Counted from the first letter of the stretch, positions 9,202 to 19,532 are shown. The stretch: DNA of 64,000 nt from Anaerolineales bacterium (GCA_046328855.1 JAXLVU010000005.1:89490-153489); one strand, 5' to 3'. Program-made: numbers and translations. The notes: generated by a model from the sequence alone, not told the origin.

Positions 9202-11595
9202 TTATTCGTATGCCAATGTATCTCTCACCGTCAGCTTTGAGGCGCGGCGGGCGGGTAGTGCGCTGGCAAGAGTACCCAATACAAGAGTAAAAATTAACCA
9301 GGCAAGGATGCCAGTCACGCCGTAGATGGCAGGCATGGGCGCAGTTAGAATCGCCATACCGACCCCATAACATAAGACATTTGTGATGGGAATTGAGATG
9401 AAGATACTGATTGCCCAACTCAAAATACCGATCACCATTCCTTCTGTAATTACAATTGCCTGAATATCGCCATTGCTTGCGCCAATCGCACGCATAACAC
9501 CGATCTCACGGGTGCGTTCCAATACATTGATGCTCATGGTGCCCATCAAACCTAAACCGCCGACGAAAGCAATCAAGGAAGCCATAACCAGCATGAAATA
9601 CACCAGAACGTCTGTTTGTGCCTTTTGGTCGCGGATAAAATCTGCGCCTAGTTGCGTGGAACTGATCTGAATCCCACGTTCTTCGAATGCTCTCTGGATC
9701 TGGTCATTGATACGGTTTTGGGTAAGAGAGTCATGTTGGCTGGTGACAATGCGCAGAGAATATGCCATTTCAGGTTCACCAACTAAAACGCTCAAATATT
9801 CATAATTCACGTATAACAAGGGCGGGCTGACATTCCCGGTGATGCTATAGGTACCAACAATTTGCCACTTTGTCTTTTTGCCGTCAATATCAATGTTGAG
9901 CCAATCACCAACTTTTAGGTCAGGAAAGATTTGCAATAGGTGATTGCCGATCACAATCGCGTTTTCATCGCCAGGCTGTAACCAGCGACCAGAAGTGATA
10001 ATGGGGTCGATTAATTTCGAGTTGGAGGGAGGCGCAACAAATAAGATTTGTGTGCCGGCTTCATCATCGCCCATCTCAAGCGTTCCGGTCCATTCCAGCC
10101 AACCTTCCGCGCTTTCTACTCCAGGAATACTTGTGGCAATGCTGGCAACCTTATCGTATCGATAGCCTTTATCAAATGAAATATTGATATCTGCCAGAAA
10201 ATATCCTTGAATATCTTCGATTACTTTATCGAACGATGCCCATAAGTTATAAACAGCAATAAATACAGCGCCGCCAAGTACCAGCGTAAAAAGGGTCAAG
10301 CCGAGTCGGGTTTTTCTTCGAAAGGTGTTGCGCAACGAAATGCGGATCGGGCGCGGAATCAGCACAGAGTTTTTCCCCACCGTCTCTTCTTTTGTCTTGG
10401 CATTACCGCCCAACCCATAATCGCTCAACGCCTCACGAACCGTAATTCCGACGCTGTTGTAGATGGGCAGGATGGCAGCCATTAACGGAACGAAGATTGC
10501 GACCATTACTTGTTGAATCAAAGTAATGGAATACCCTTGATAGGCTGTCGGGTAAAAGTTCAGCCAGGCTGCCATTCCACCGCCAATCACTTGGGCGGCC
10601 AAATTGGCAAGAGGCACAGCTAGTAAGAGTGCCCCAATGCCAAATCCCATGATAAGTACCAGATACATAAAAAATATCTGCCAGACATTTCCGCCGGTTG
10701 CTTTCATAATGCCGATCTGACGTGTATGCTGGGTCATTAATGCGGTAATGGTATTGACGATTAAGAAACCACTTAGTAACACAGTGAGATAACCAAGAAC
10801 ACCCAATACAAAGAATACGCCTTGGGTAATGCTGTAAGCGAAGTGATGCCCTGGTTGATATACACTCACAAAATATACTGTAGACCCTGCGCGTTTCAAC
10901 TCATCGGCTACCGCCTGAGCGACAGCAGTGACATGGTCTGCATCTGTTTGCTTTTCAGAAACGCTGATCGATAGCCTTCCATATTGGTTGATATTTCCGC
11001 CCAGCCATTCCAATGTATCAGGTGTGACATATGCATTAACTTGTTGTGCTAAGTTGTAAGGGAAACCCGTCACAGCGTGCATGTACCCTGTAAAGGTCAA
11101 TTCGCGGCGTTTGCCGTTATCCAGTTCAATGACGAGCATATCTCCAGGGGCGTACCCCAAAGACGATGCACTGGCATCAAGAATGACCTCTTTTTTGCCA
11201 TACACAGGAATTTTAGTCTCTCCAAGTGCCGGTTTGAGAAAATTCAACGTCAACGAATTCGGGTTTTCAGCTGCTGTGAAAGAGATATTAATCTTCGTTC
11301 CATCAGGGCTAATGAGCTGACCACTGATGCCTGAATATCCTTCCACTGCCTCCACGCCGGGCACTTCACGCGCCATTTCAACGAGATCATCAGTTAGATC
11401 CGAAGCATATACCTCTGCTTCAGATGGATTTGCTGAAAGAAAATCCCCGTCCATACTTTCATTCATATACAAGCCAAGGTTGCTATTGAAGCCTACAGCA
11501 AACGTTCCAACTGCAATGGTGGCAATGGTTAGAAACGTCCGCCCGCGGTTGCTCCAAAAATCAGCCCAGACTTTTTTCCACCGACTAGCAATCAT
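9202..11595 (-). CDS. ABC transporter permease, double MacB/FtsX type
   Basis: Two FtsX repeats (RQIGIMKATG; ERTREIGVMRAIGA) with large extracytoplasmic domains. Confidence 0.92.
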   Translation of the reverse strand: MIASRWKKVWADFWSNRGRTFLTIATIAVGTFAVGFNSNLGLYMNESMDGDFLSANPSEAEVYASDLTDDLVEMAREVPGVEAVEGYSGISGQLISPDGTKINISFTAAENPNSLTLNFLKPALGETKIPVYGKKEVILDASASSLGYAPGDMLVIELDNGKRRELTFTGYMHAVTGFPYNLAQQVNAYVTPDTLEWLGGNINQYGRLSISVSEKQTDADHVTAVAQAVADELKRAGSTVYFVSVYQPGHHFAYSITQGVFFVLGVLGYLTVLLSGFLIVNTITALMTQHTRQIGIMKATGGNVWQIFFMYLVLIMGFGIGALLLAVPLANLAAQVIGGGMAAWLNFYPTAYQGYSITLIQQVMVAIFVPLMAAILPIYNSVGITVREALSDYGLGGNAKTKEETVGKNSVLIPRPIRISLRNTFRRKTRLGLTLFTLVLGGAVFIAVYNLWASFDKVIEDIQGYFLADINISFDKGYRYDKVASIATSIPGVESAEGWLEWTGTLEMGDDEAGTQILFVAPPSNSKLIDPIITSGRWLQPGDENAIVIGNHLLQIFPDLKVGDWLNIDIDGKKTKWQIVGTYSITGNVSPPLLYVNYEYLSVLVGEPEMAYSLRIVTSQHDSLTQNRINDQIQRAFEERGIQISSTQLGADFIRDQKAQTDVLVYFMLVMASLIAFVGGLGLMGTMSINVLERTREIGVMRAIGASNGDIQAIVITEGMVIGILSWAISIFISIPITNVLCYGVGMAILTAPMPAIYGVTGILAWLIFTLVLGTLASALPARRASKLTVRDTLAYE

Positions 11596-12734
11596 GATGA
11601 AACTCCCCGCCAGGACAGATTCTCACCATTGTGTTTGCCAGCCATCTCTTTCAACGCTTCACGCGTAACGTCAGACTGACTCAGCAATTCTGTGAGCTTG
11701 TCATACCCGATCGCAAGAACCTCCACTGGTCCCGCTTCCGAGGCGCGGATGGAAGCACGATGCTTCTTCTCGTGGAAAAATTCCATTTCGCCGAACACTT
11801 TTCCAGGTCCGAGTTGAACCGCCACTACATCCGATTGATTCGGGCGAGGCAAAACAACTTCCACAGTGCCATGTGAAACGATATAGAACGTATCTGCATT
11901 TGTTCCTTCAGAAAGGATCATGGCGCCCGGCTCGAAGTTCATTGGAGTGGCTGCTTTTGTGGCTTGTAAAAGCTGAGTGTGAGAAAGTGTTGGCATGGCT
12001 TTTGCTACATACTCATTGACGATTTCACCGTCTGCAATGAGTGCGGTGCGATGGGTACGTTTTGCCATGGCGCTGTCGTGCGTGACAATGATGATGGTCT
12101 TTCCCTTTGCCACAAGGTCATTGAATAACACAAAAACAGACTCGGCTGTTCTTGAGTCAAGATTCCCTGTTGGTTCATCTGCGATGATGACGGGCGGATC
12201 GTTGGCAAGTGCGCGTGCAATTGCCACACGCTGTTGCTGACCGCCAGAAAGGGCAGTGGGGAGTTTATGTGCGTGGTCTGCCAGTTCTACCAATTCGAGC
12301 AGATCTATAGCGCGTTTGCGGCGTTCGGCAGGTGAATACATGCGGCAAAAATCCATGGGTAGCATGATGTTTTCGATCACTGAGATCATTGGCAAAAGTT
12401 GAAAAAACTGAAAGACAACGCCCAGATTCTTTCCGCGCCAACGTGCCATTTTGTTTTCATTGAGTGTGTGCACACCTGTACCGTTGACCCAAACTTCGCC
12501 ATTTGAGGGTCGGTCAATGCCGGTGATCATGTTCAACAAGGTGGTCTTGCCGCTGCCCGATTTGCCGATAATACTCACGAACTCGCCTGCTTGAATTTGC
12601 AAATCCACATTACTAAGCGCATGGTAATCACCAACTGCCGTTTTGTAGAATTTGTTCACACTGCGAATATCAATGATTGGACGCTCTGCAGTTTCGCTGC
12701 CTTCTGCTTTGGTTTTGAAAAATGATATAGCCAT
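11592..12734 (-). CDS. ABC ATPase (LolD/MacB-like) fused to a C-terminal cNMP-binding domain
   Basis: GKSGSGKT, LSGGQQQR, ADEPTGNLD; C-terminus FYIVSHGTVEV...FGEMEFF...HRASIRA. Confidence 0.9.
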   Translation of the reverse strand: MAISFFKTKAEGSETAERPIIDIRSVNKFYKTAVGDYHALSNVDLQIQAGEFVSIIGKSGSGKTTLLNMITGIDRPSNGEVWVNGTGVHTLNENKMARWRGKNLGVVFQFFQLLPMISVIENIMLPMDFCRMYSPAERRKRAIDLLELVELADHAHKLPTALSGGQQQRVAIARALANDPPVIIADEPTGNLDSRTAESVFVLFNDLVAKGKTIIIVTHDSAMAKRTHRTALIADGEIVNEYVAKAMPTLSHTQLLQATKAATPMNFEPGAMILSEGTNADTFYIVSHGTVEVVLPRPNQSDVVAVQLGPGKVFGEMEFFHEKKHRASIRASEAGPVEVLAIGYDKLTELLSQSDVTREALKEMAGKHNGENLSWRGVSS

Positions 12735-12749
12735 AAGGATCTCTTTCAC

Positions 12750-12781
12750 AAGTAAGTCAGGCTTAATAGCCTGACTTACTT
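12750..12781. other. Intra-operon hairpin
   Basis: AAGTAAGTCAGGCT-taat-AGCCTGACTTACTT perfect 14-bp stem. Confidence 0.7.
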
Positions 12782-12783
12782 GA

Positions 12784-13905
12784 TTACTCGAAGGTCACGA
12801 CAGCAGTCATGCCCCAGCGCATGGACGGGTCGAACTCGGTCAAAAGGATGGTGACTTCATAAACGACATCCCCTTGATTTTCGGAATAATTCTGACCGAT
12901 GGAAAGCACATTGCCTTTGAATTCCTTACCAGGAATGGCATCTAACTTAACTGTGACGGGTTGCCCTTCTTCAAGATTGACCACATCAATCTCGGTCAGG
13001 TCACTGGTTTTGACGAGCCATTTGGATGTATCGGCAATGGTTGCCACGGGCGCTGCATCGGTGGCAAATTCGCCAACTTTGAGATTCAAGTCTGTGATCA
13101 CGCCAGCGTGAGGGGCACGTAACTCAGCATTTGCAAGAATGGCACGCAGGGCGGCGGTATCGAGCGAGAAATCGGTATCTTGTAGTGCATCGAAGTCCGC
13201 TTGAGCATTGGTCAGTCGTACCTTTGCGTTTTGGTAGTTGCTCTCCACCTCCAACCAGCGAATGGCAATCCGGTATAACTCCCAAGCTTCATCGAGAGCC
13301 TTTTTCTTTGCGCGCGCTTCGCCGTTCAAGGGACGGTTATCATTTTTATGATTTTCAAGGCTGGCTTCATAGAACTCCATCTCTTCCTGAGTCATCTCAG
13401 AAAAATCTGGCTTCGGTTCTTCATATTTGATCAATTTTTCTGAAAGATGTTTATAGGGCTCGAATTCTGCACGGGCAACATCCAATTTTTCGAGGGAGGT
13501 GGAAATGGCTTCTGTAGGGGTCATACCATTCCATCGGGCAGGGACATCGAAATCATCCAAATGGCTTTGGGCGTCACGATATTCCTTATAGGCTTCGGTC
13601 AGTTCTTGTGTGGCTTTTGCCTGAGCATCTTTGAGCGATTGGGCATTTTCAGAACGCACAACAGCAAGCACATCGCCTGCTTCCACACGTTCTCCTTCTT
13701 CTACGGGTAATTCGCTGACCAATCCGCTGGTGTTGAGGGAAATTTCAGTATAAGTAATAGGTTCCAATTTTCCTTCAGCAATAATGGTATCGTCTGCTTC
13801 AACGACTGGAATGGGCGTGCTTTCAGGCGTTGCCGCAGAGGCATTTCCGCAGGCTGTGAGGGCTAGTGCAAGTAAGATCGTGATGATAAGTTTAGGCGAT
13901 TTCAT
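12784..13905 (-). CDS. HlyD/MacA-family adaptor lipoprotein
   Basis: Lipobox LTAC, lipoyl half motifs (VEEGERVEAGDVLA; LRAPHAGVI), coiled coil, MRWGMTA. Confidence 0.88.
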   Translation of the reverse strand: MKSPKLIITILLALALTACGNASAATPESTPIPVVEADDTIIAEGKLEPITYTEISLNTSGLVSELPVEEGERVEAGDVLAVVRSENAQSLKDAQAKATQELTEAYKEYRDAQSHLDDFDVPARWNGMTPTEAISTSLEKLDVARAEFEPYKHLSEKLIKYEEPKPDFSEMTQEEMEFYEASLENHKNDNRPLNGEARAKKKALDEAWELYRIAIRWLEVESNYQNAKVRLTNAQADFDALQDTDFSLDTAALRAILANAELRAPHAGVITDLNLKVGEFATDAAPVATIADTSKWLVKTSDLTEIDVVNLEEGQPVTVKLDAIPGKEFKGNVLSIGQNYSENQGDVVYEVTILLTEFDPSMRWGMTAVVTFE

Positions 13906-14022
13906 GTCCGCTTCCTTTGCAAGGATTGATTATTTGTTATGACCGGATGTATAGAAAAAAGTTTCAAATTTTGGTGAACTTTTCGTGTTTACTTACGATG
14001 CCATGGGAAGTTTGGTTGCACA

Positions 14023-14056
14023 AAAAAGAGCACAATCTAAAAGGATTGTGCTCTTT
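14023..14056 (-). terminator. Intrinsic terminator after zwf
   Basis: AAAGAGCACAATC / GATTGTGCTCTTT stem with T run on the minus strand. Confidence 0.8.
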
Positions 14057-14100
14057 GCGTATTACTTCTCTATTATTTTTTTCCACCCTTGAGAACTGTT

Positions 14101-15579
14101 TTATTTTTCCAACATCATGCTAGCTTCTTCATTTAGCCAGCGCCGACCGTCTCGAGCGAGCAAGTCGTAGCCTTCGGGCGGACCCCAACTTCCGGGTTTG
14201 TAAACAGCCAACGGCGGAGTCTGATGCGTTTCCCACGTCTGGAGAATGGGGTCGATCAGCGACCAAGCGGTCTCCACTTCGTCTGCACGTGTGAAGAGAG
14301 AGGCATCGCCTTGCAGGGCATCCAACAAGAGGCGTTCGTATGATTCGGGGATGGACGACTTACCAAAGGCATCATCGTAGTGGAATTCCATGTCTACTGA
14401 GCGGGTTTCGTTGACTGTGTCTGGCGCTTTGGCTTCGAAGCGCAAGTGGACACCTTCATCGGGTTGTAGGTAAAGCACCAACATGTTCGGCTTCATGGTT
14501 TGCATGGGGAACATGGTGGTAGGCGGCTCTTTAAATTGGATGATGATCTGGGTTTGCTTTTCGGCGAGGTTCTTGCCTGAGCGCAGATAGAAAGGCACAC
14601 CCTTCCAACGCCAGTTGTTGATAAAGAGTCGCAAAGCTGCGTAGGTAGGCGTAGTGGATTTGGGGTTGACCTTCTCTTCGCTTTTATAACCCTTATATTG
14701 CGCACGGACTGTGTTCGCTGCGACCTGTTCGGGAGTCATGGGCTGGATGGCGCTGAGAACTTTGACCTTTTCATTGCGCAAATGGCTGGCGCTGAACGAA
14801 GCGGGCGGCTCCATAGCGACCAGGGTCAGGATCTGCAAAATATGATTTTGGAACATATCACGCAAGACGCCGACGCCGTCATAAAAACCGGCGCGATGTT
14901 CCAAACCAACTTTTTCAGATACAGTGATCTGAACGTGGTCAATGTAGTTTCGATTCCAGATCGGTTCAAAGATGGTATTGGCAAAACGGGTGAAGAGAAT
15001 GTTTTGCACGGTTTCTTTGCCGAGATAGTGATCGATACGATAGATCTGGTTCTCGTGTAATGCTTTGTGGACTTGTTTGTTCAACTCTACAGCCGAGGCA
15101 AGGTCGGTGCCGAAAGGCTTTTCAAGCACCACGCGTCTCCAGCCGCCGTTCTCATGCAATTGACCGGTTGCATCGAGATTGTCTACGATAGTGGGGAAGA
15201 GGGTTGGCGGCAAAGCCATGTAAAAGAGACGGTTCGCTTCGCCTTCTTCAGAGGCGGTCAGTGAATCTGCAAGAGATTGAAAATCCGCTTTTTCGGCGTA
15301 TTTGCCGGTATGGTAGTGCAGGTTGGGGGCAAAAACGTTCCACTCTTCGTCGGTAAATTCATACCCGGCGAATTCTTTCATCCCTTTGTAGAGATGTTCG
15401 CGGAACTCGTCATCGGTAAAAGCGGTTCCGCCGAAGCCGTAAATTTGAAATTTCTTCGGGGTGCGGCGTTTGCGGAAGAGATTGAACAGCGAAGGGATAA
15501 GTTTGCGCTGGGTCAAGTCGCCGGAGGCACCGAAGATAATGATTGTAGTAAGAAGCCCGTTATAAAGAGGAGTATTCAT
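14101..15579 (-). CDS. zwf: Glucose-6-phosphate 1-dehydrogenase
   Basis: GASGDL, EKPFG, RIDHYLGKE, RWKGVPFYLRSGK. Confidence 0.98.
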   Translation of the reverse strand: MNTPLYNGLLTTIIIFGASGDLTQRKLIPSLFNLFRKRRTPKKFQIYGFGGTAFTDDEFREHLYKGMKEFAGYEFTDEEWNVFAPNLHYHTGKYAEKADFQSLADSLTASEEGEANRLFYMALPPTLFPTIVDNLDATGQLHENGGWRRVVLEKPFGTDLASAVELNKQVHKALHENQIYRIDHYLGKETVQNILFTRFANTIFEPIWNRNYIDHVQITVSEKVGLEHRAGFYDGVGVLRDMFQNHILQILTLVAMEPPASFSASHLRNEKVKVLSAIQPMTPEQVAANTVRAQYKGYKSEEKVNPKSTTPTYAALRLFINNWRWKGVPFYLRSGKNLAEKQTQIIIQFKEPPTTMFPMQTMKPNMLVLYLQPDEGVHLRFEAKAPDTVNETRSVDMEFHYDDAFGKSSIPESYERLLLDALQGDASLFTRADEVETAWSLIDPILQTWETHQTPPLAVYKPGSWGPPEGYDLLARDGRRWLNEEASMMLEK

Positions 15580-15587
15580 AAAGTTTT

Positions 15588-15653
15588 GACCATAGACAAT
15601 GGACGACAGACGATGGATGGTTCTCCATGGTCAATAGTCTATCGTCCGTTGTC
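15588..15653. repeat. Heptamer tandem repeats in inverted arrangement
   Basis: GACCATA GACAATG GACGACA GACGATG ... CATGGTC AATAGTC TATCGTC CGTTGTC. Confidence 0.8.
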
Positions 15654-15659
15654 GGTTTT

Positions 15660-16571
15660 CTATTTAGCCTTCTTAATAGCATGCCCGCCGAACTGATTGC
15701 GCAAGGCAGATAGCATACGAGCAGGGTAGTTCTCTTCGTCGCGGCTGGCGAAGCGCATTTGCAATGCGAGAGTAATGACAGGGGCAGGCACATCGAGGTC
15801 AATGGATTCAAATACGGTCCAGCGACCTTCGCCAGAGTCTGCCACCCAAGGCTTGATGTCCTTGAGTTCGGTATCTTCGTCGAGGGCGTTGGCGGCGAGG
15901 TCGAGCAACCACGAGCGGACAACACTTCCATGCTGCCAAATGTGTGAGACCTGCGAAAGGTCGAGCCCAAATTCTTTCTTATTCTTCAAGATACCGAAGC
16001 CTTCAGCAAAGGCTTGCATCATGCCATATTCGATGCCGTTGTGAACCATCTTCACATAGTGACCAGCGCCATGCGGACCGACACGTCCCCAGCCGAGTTC
16101 TTTTCCGGGGGCGAGGGTTTCGAAGATGGGATTCAATTTCTTGGTCACTTCTTCTTTGCCGCCGATCATCAGACTGTAGCCTTCGGTGATGCCCCAAATG
16201 CCGCCGCTGGTGCCGCAGTCGACAAAGTCGATGCCTTTGGCTTCGAGCATTTCAGCGTGTTTGATGGTGTCTTTGTAGTTTGAGTTGCCGCCGTCGATGA
16301 TGATGTCGCCGGGTTTCAATAAGGCGGCGACTTTCTCAATGGTTTCGGTGGTGGTGGCACCAGCAGGAACCATGACCCAAACTGCCTTCGGGGATGAGGT
16401 GAGCTTGCCGACAGCTTCTTCCACTGAGTATGCGCCTTCAATACCTTCTTTGACGGCACCATCCACTGTTTCTTTTGTGCGGGCGTAACCAATGACGCGA
16501 TGTCCGCCTTTGGTGAGGCGTTTCGCCATGTTTAATCCCATTTTGCCTAAACCGATCAATGCTAATTCCAT
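15660..16571 (-). CDS. gnd: 6-phosphogluconate dehydrogenase, decarboxylating (short form)
   Basis: GLGKMG, DGGNS, GHYVKMVHNGIEYG, LRNQFGGH. Confidence 0.97.
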   Translation of the reverse strand: MELALIGLGKMGLNMAKRLTKGGHRVIGYARTKETVDGAVKEGIEGAYSVEEAVGKLTSSPKAVWVMVPAGATTTETIEKVAALLKPGDIIIDGGNSNYKDTIKHAEMLEAKGIDFVDCGTSGGIWGITEGYSLMIGGKEEVTKKLNPIFETLAPGKELGWGRVGPHGAGHYVKMVHNGIEYGMMQAFAEGFGILKNKKEFGLDLSQVSHIWQHGSVVRSWLLDLAANALDEDTELKDIKPWVADSGEGRWTVFESIDLDVPAPVITLALQMRFASRDEENYPARMLSALRNQFGGHAIKKAK

Positions 16572-16632
16572 TTTATTGCTCCTTTTACGATTTCGCTTTT
16601 ATGAGGGTGACGCCTCATAAAAGCGGTGTGAT

Positions 16633-17340
16633 TTATATAAACTTTCCCGCCGCTTCATCGATCATCCAAACCAGATTTCCATCTGTGGGTTGAATGCGTT
16701 GAGCCGGGAGTAATTCCAAATTTTTTTCACCCTTTATGACGTTGCGTAAAGTCTCTGCCTTGCCTGCGCCAGTGACCAAAAACCAAACCTCTCTGGCGTG
16801 ATTGAACACCTTTGGCGTTAGAGAGACGCGGTTGGCGGGGCGGTCTTGATACTGAGCAGTAACAGCAATGGTGGATGTTTCGATATCCACTTGTGAGCCG
16901 GGGAAGAGTGAGGCGGTGTGCCCGTCATCGCCCATGCCGAGTAGAACTAGGTCGAAGCGCGGAAAGTCGAAGGGCGCGTCGGCGAATCCGCTTAGGGTGT
17001 AAGCATAGGCTTGGGCGGCTGAGGCAGGCTCAAGTTCCGATTCGACGCGGTGAATGTTTGTCGTCCCAATTCTGTTGAAGAGAATTCCACGCATGGATCC
17101 GTAGGTATTGCCGGGGTCATCCACGGGTACACAGCGTTCGTCTCCCCAAAAGAAATGCACACGCGACCAATCCAATGTTTGATTGGCAAGTTTTTCGTAC
17201 AGCTTCATGGGAGTGCTGCCACCAGAGAGCGAAACGAGAAAACGCCCGCGTTCTGCAATGGCTTGGTTGATAAGCTCGATAAATTTTTTTGTTGCAGACT
17301 GACTGAGTTCGTCACTGTCTTTGAATTTTTGGATATTCAT
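16633..17340 (-). CDS. pgl: 6-phosphogluconolactonase
   Basis: LSGGSTP, WGDERCVP, LLGMGDDGHTASLFP. Confidence 0.97.
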   Translation of the reverse strand: MNIQKFKDSDELSQSATKKFIELINQAIAERGRFLVSLSGGSTPMKLYEKLANQTLDWSRVHFFWGDERCVPVDDPGNTYGSMRGILFNRIGTTNIHRVESELEPASAAQAYAYTLSGFADAPFDFPRFDLVLLGMGDDGHTASLFPGSQVDIETSTIAVTAQYQDRPANRVSLTPKVFNHAREVWFLVTGAGKAETLRNVIKGEKNLELLPAQRIQPTDGNLVWMIDEAAGKFI

Positions 17341-17348
17341 AATTGGTC

Positions 17349-17372
17349 GATTTTATCGCAAATGATAAAATC
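17349..17372. promoter_or_regulatory. Symmetric bidirectional promoter (back-to-back -10 boxes)
   Basis: GATTTTATC-gcaaat-GATAAAATC; TAAAAT on each strand, 9 and 7 nt from the divergent ATGs. Confidence 0.65.
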
Positions 17373-17378
17373 TGAGCG

Positions 17379-18230
17379 ATGATTCAGATTAATTTAAAGA
17401 AACTTCAAGCGCTTCGCACGCGGACCTTTAACCTGCCTCCGCAGAAACGGGTTTCATCTCCCGCCTCGGCTTTGACCTTCGTCAACAAACGCGGCTTCGT
17501 TTACTTCTGGCCCATCAAAGGCATTGACCTACCTTCGCTGTGGACAGCAGTTGCAGGCGATAGACCTGTGGCAGATAAGCACGATGACCCAGGTCATATC
17601 ACGTGGGGCTGGAAAGATGATGCGCTCGATAAAAAGATTTGGTACTACGGGAAAATCTTGCGTGGCAAGGCGACCATGATCTCATTGGAGATTGCGCCGT
17701 ATTTTTATGCCTTGTCTGAAAATTATGGCTCACCCGAAGAAGACTACTTGATTGCCTATCAAGAAGGGCGTTTGCCGCAATCTGCGAAGCAAGTGTATGA
17801 AGCTTTACTGGATAAAGGGGCGATGAATACTTTGGACTTGCGCAAAGAGGCGAAGTTATCCAATGCCAAAGATTCTGAATTCAATAAGGCATTGGAATAT
17901 TTACAACGCGATCTTAAAATATTATCCGTCGGCGTGGCGCAGGCTGGCGCGTGGAAGTATTCTCATATCTACACTATCACGACCAGTCATTTCCCTGAAT
18001 TGGCAGAGCAAGCGCGGACAATCACAGAATCGCAAGCGCGGGCTAAATTATTGGAACTGTATTTTGACATGGTCGGCACGGCACAAATCCGTGATGTGCA
18101 GAAGTTGTTTGGTTGGGGGAATGAAGTTGTGAAAAGGGCGGTGGGCAAGCTGGTGGATGTTGGTAATTTGGTTCCGGCGGAGCATCCCAAACACACTGGT
18201 GAATGGGTGGCAGTGAAGGAAGCGATATAG
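17379..18230 (+). CDS. Winged-helix protein, YcaQ/AlkZ (HTH_42)-like
   Basis: LPSLWTAV, WGWKDD, WYYGKILRGKAT and a central wHTH; family called from overall resemblance. Confidence 0.6.
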   Translation: MIQINLKKLQALRTRTFNLPPQKRVSSPASALTFVNKRGFVYFWPIKGIDLPSLWTAVAGDRPVADKHDDPGHITWGWKDDALDKKIWYYGKILRGKATMISLEIAPYFYALSENYGSPEEDYLIAYQEGRLPQSAKQVYEALLDKGAMNTLDLRKEAKLSNAKDSEFNKALEYLQRDLKILSVGVAQAGAWKYSHIYTITTSHFPELAEQARTITESQARAKLLELYFDMVGTAQIRDVQKLFGWGNEVVKRAVGKLVDVGNLVPAEHPKHTGEWVAVKEAI

Positions 18231-18231
18231 C

Positions 18232-18264
18232 AGACCTCGGTGGGTTGAAAACCCTCCGAGGTCT
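18232..18264. repeat. REP-like palindrome, probably also a terminator
   Basis: AGACCTCGGTGGGTT-gaa-AACCCTCCGAGGTCT followed by a T run; related copy at 43239. Confidence 0.75.
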
Positions 18265-18275
18265 TTTTTTACCCC

Positions 18276-18315
18276 TTGACTTAATAAAATAAACACTGTA
18301 TATTTACACTGTATA
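18276..18315 (+). promoter_or_regulatory. Sigma70 promoter overlapped by tandem operator-like sites
   Basis: TTGACT-N17-TATATT; ACACTGTATA repeated at 18293 and 18306. Confidence 0.75.
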
Positions 18316-18332
18316 GTAAATAAGGAGCCGAA

Positions 18333-19022
18333 ATGGTGAGACCCAGCAAGAAAACACAGATCCAAAATTTGCAGGAAGCCATCAAAGACACAGCATGGAA
18401 ACAGATCGCTGAGACAGGTACAGCGACACTGTCGTTGCGCGCGATTGCGCGTGAATTGAAGATCACGGCGCCCGCCATCTACAACTACTTCCCAGATCGG
18501 GATGCGCTCGTGACTGCACTGATCATTGATGCCTACACTTCTTTTGGTGATTATCAGATCAGCGCACGTGATGAGTTCCCCGAAGTAGATATGGTGGGGC
18601 GTTTGAATGCTATTGGGCATTCTTATCGAAAATGGGCGTTGGAATACCCACAACGTTATCAACTCATCTTTGGAACACCCATTCCCGGCTATCAAGCACC
18701 TTTGATGGAAGTGTTGCCATCTGCGGCACGTTCTTTAAGTGCGCTTGTTAGCGTTATTGACCAATTACGTGTAGCCAACAAGTTGCACTCCGAGGGATAT
18801 CCCACTGTCCAGCCGGGGTATGAGCAACAGTTCGCGGTGTGGAAAAGCTTTGCAGGCAACTACGATATTTTGTCACTGGCTGTATCGATGCTGGTTTGGA
18901 GTCGAGTTCACGGACTTGTCTCATTGGAGATTTCCAATAACCTACCGCCCTTTGGCGTGAATGGGGATGCTCTTTATTCGTACGAACTTGAATCCATTTT
19001 CAATCAATTTATTAAGAGGTAG
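18333..19022 (+). CDS. TetR/AcrR regulator with WHG-type C-terminal domain
   Basis: LSLRAIARELKITAPAIYNYF; WSRVHGLVSLE. Confidence 0.93.
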   Translation: MVRPSKKTQIQNLQEAIKDTAWKQIAETGTATLSLRAIARELKITAPAIYNYFPDRDALVTALIIDAYTSFGDYQISARDEFPEVDMVGRLNAIGHSYRKWALEYPQRYQLIFGTPIPGYQAPLMEVLPSAARSLSALVSVIDQLRVANKLHSEGYPTVQPGYEQQFAVWKSFAGNYDILSLAVSMLVWSRVHGLVSLEISNNLPPFGVNGDALYSYELESIFNQFIKR

Positions 19023-19028
19023 AAAATT

Positions 19029-19532
19029 ATGTCAAACATTTTCAATGGACGTTACACCGCAAAAACAGACCAGCCCTTTGTGGTTTTTCTGATCGGAATG
19101 CGGATCAATAAATGGTGGCGGATCGATAAGTGGCTGCCCGTTTCGAATGCAATGAACCCGATGATGCGAACTTTATACGAATATCCTGAAAAGGGTTTCT
19201 TGCATGCAGAATTTTTCTGGAATTTCAGTGGACCGGTTCTTATCCAATATTGGCGCTCGTTCGAAGACTTGGAAAAATTTGCCCGCAACCCGTCTGACCC
19301 CCATCTTGGTCCGTGGAAGAATTTCAATCAACTCGTTGGCAGTGACGGAACCGTTGGTATCTGGCATGAGACATATACCGTCAACCCGGATCAATTCGAA
19401 TGTGTGTATGGCAATATGCCAAAATTTGGACTCGGCGCTGCATTTGAGCATGTGGAAGCTGTGGGACGCCGCCAAACGGCACGCAAACGATTAAGTGCAA
19501 ATACCCCCGAATTAATTACAAAGACAAATTAG
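19029..19532 (+). CDS. DUF4188-family protein
   Basis: VVFLIGMRIN, QYWRSFEDLE, GIWHETY, YGNMP. Confidence 0.85.
   Translation: MSNIFNGRYTAKTDQPFVVFLIGMRINKWWRIDKWLPVSNAMNPMMRTLYEYPEKGFLHAEFFWNFSGPVLIQYWRSFEDLEKFARNPSDPHLGPWKNFNQLVGSDGTVGIWHETYTVNPDQFECVYGNMPKFGLGAAFEHVEAVGRRQTARKRLSANTPELITKTN

Noticed and set aside
15560-15970. Alternative-frame ORF with PTTDDRLLTM-type sequence
   Set aside because: Overlaps gnd and simply translates the heptamer repeat spacer
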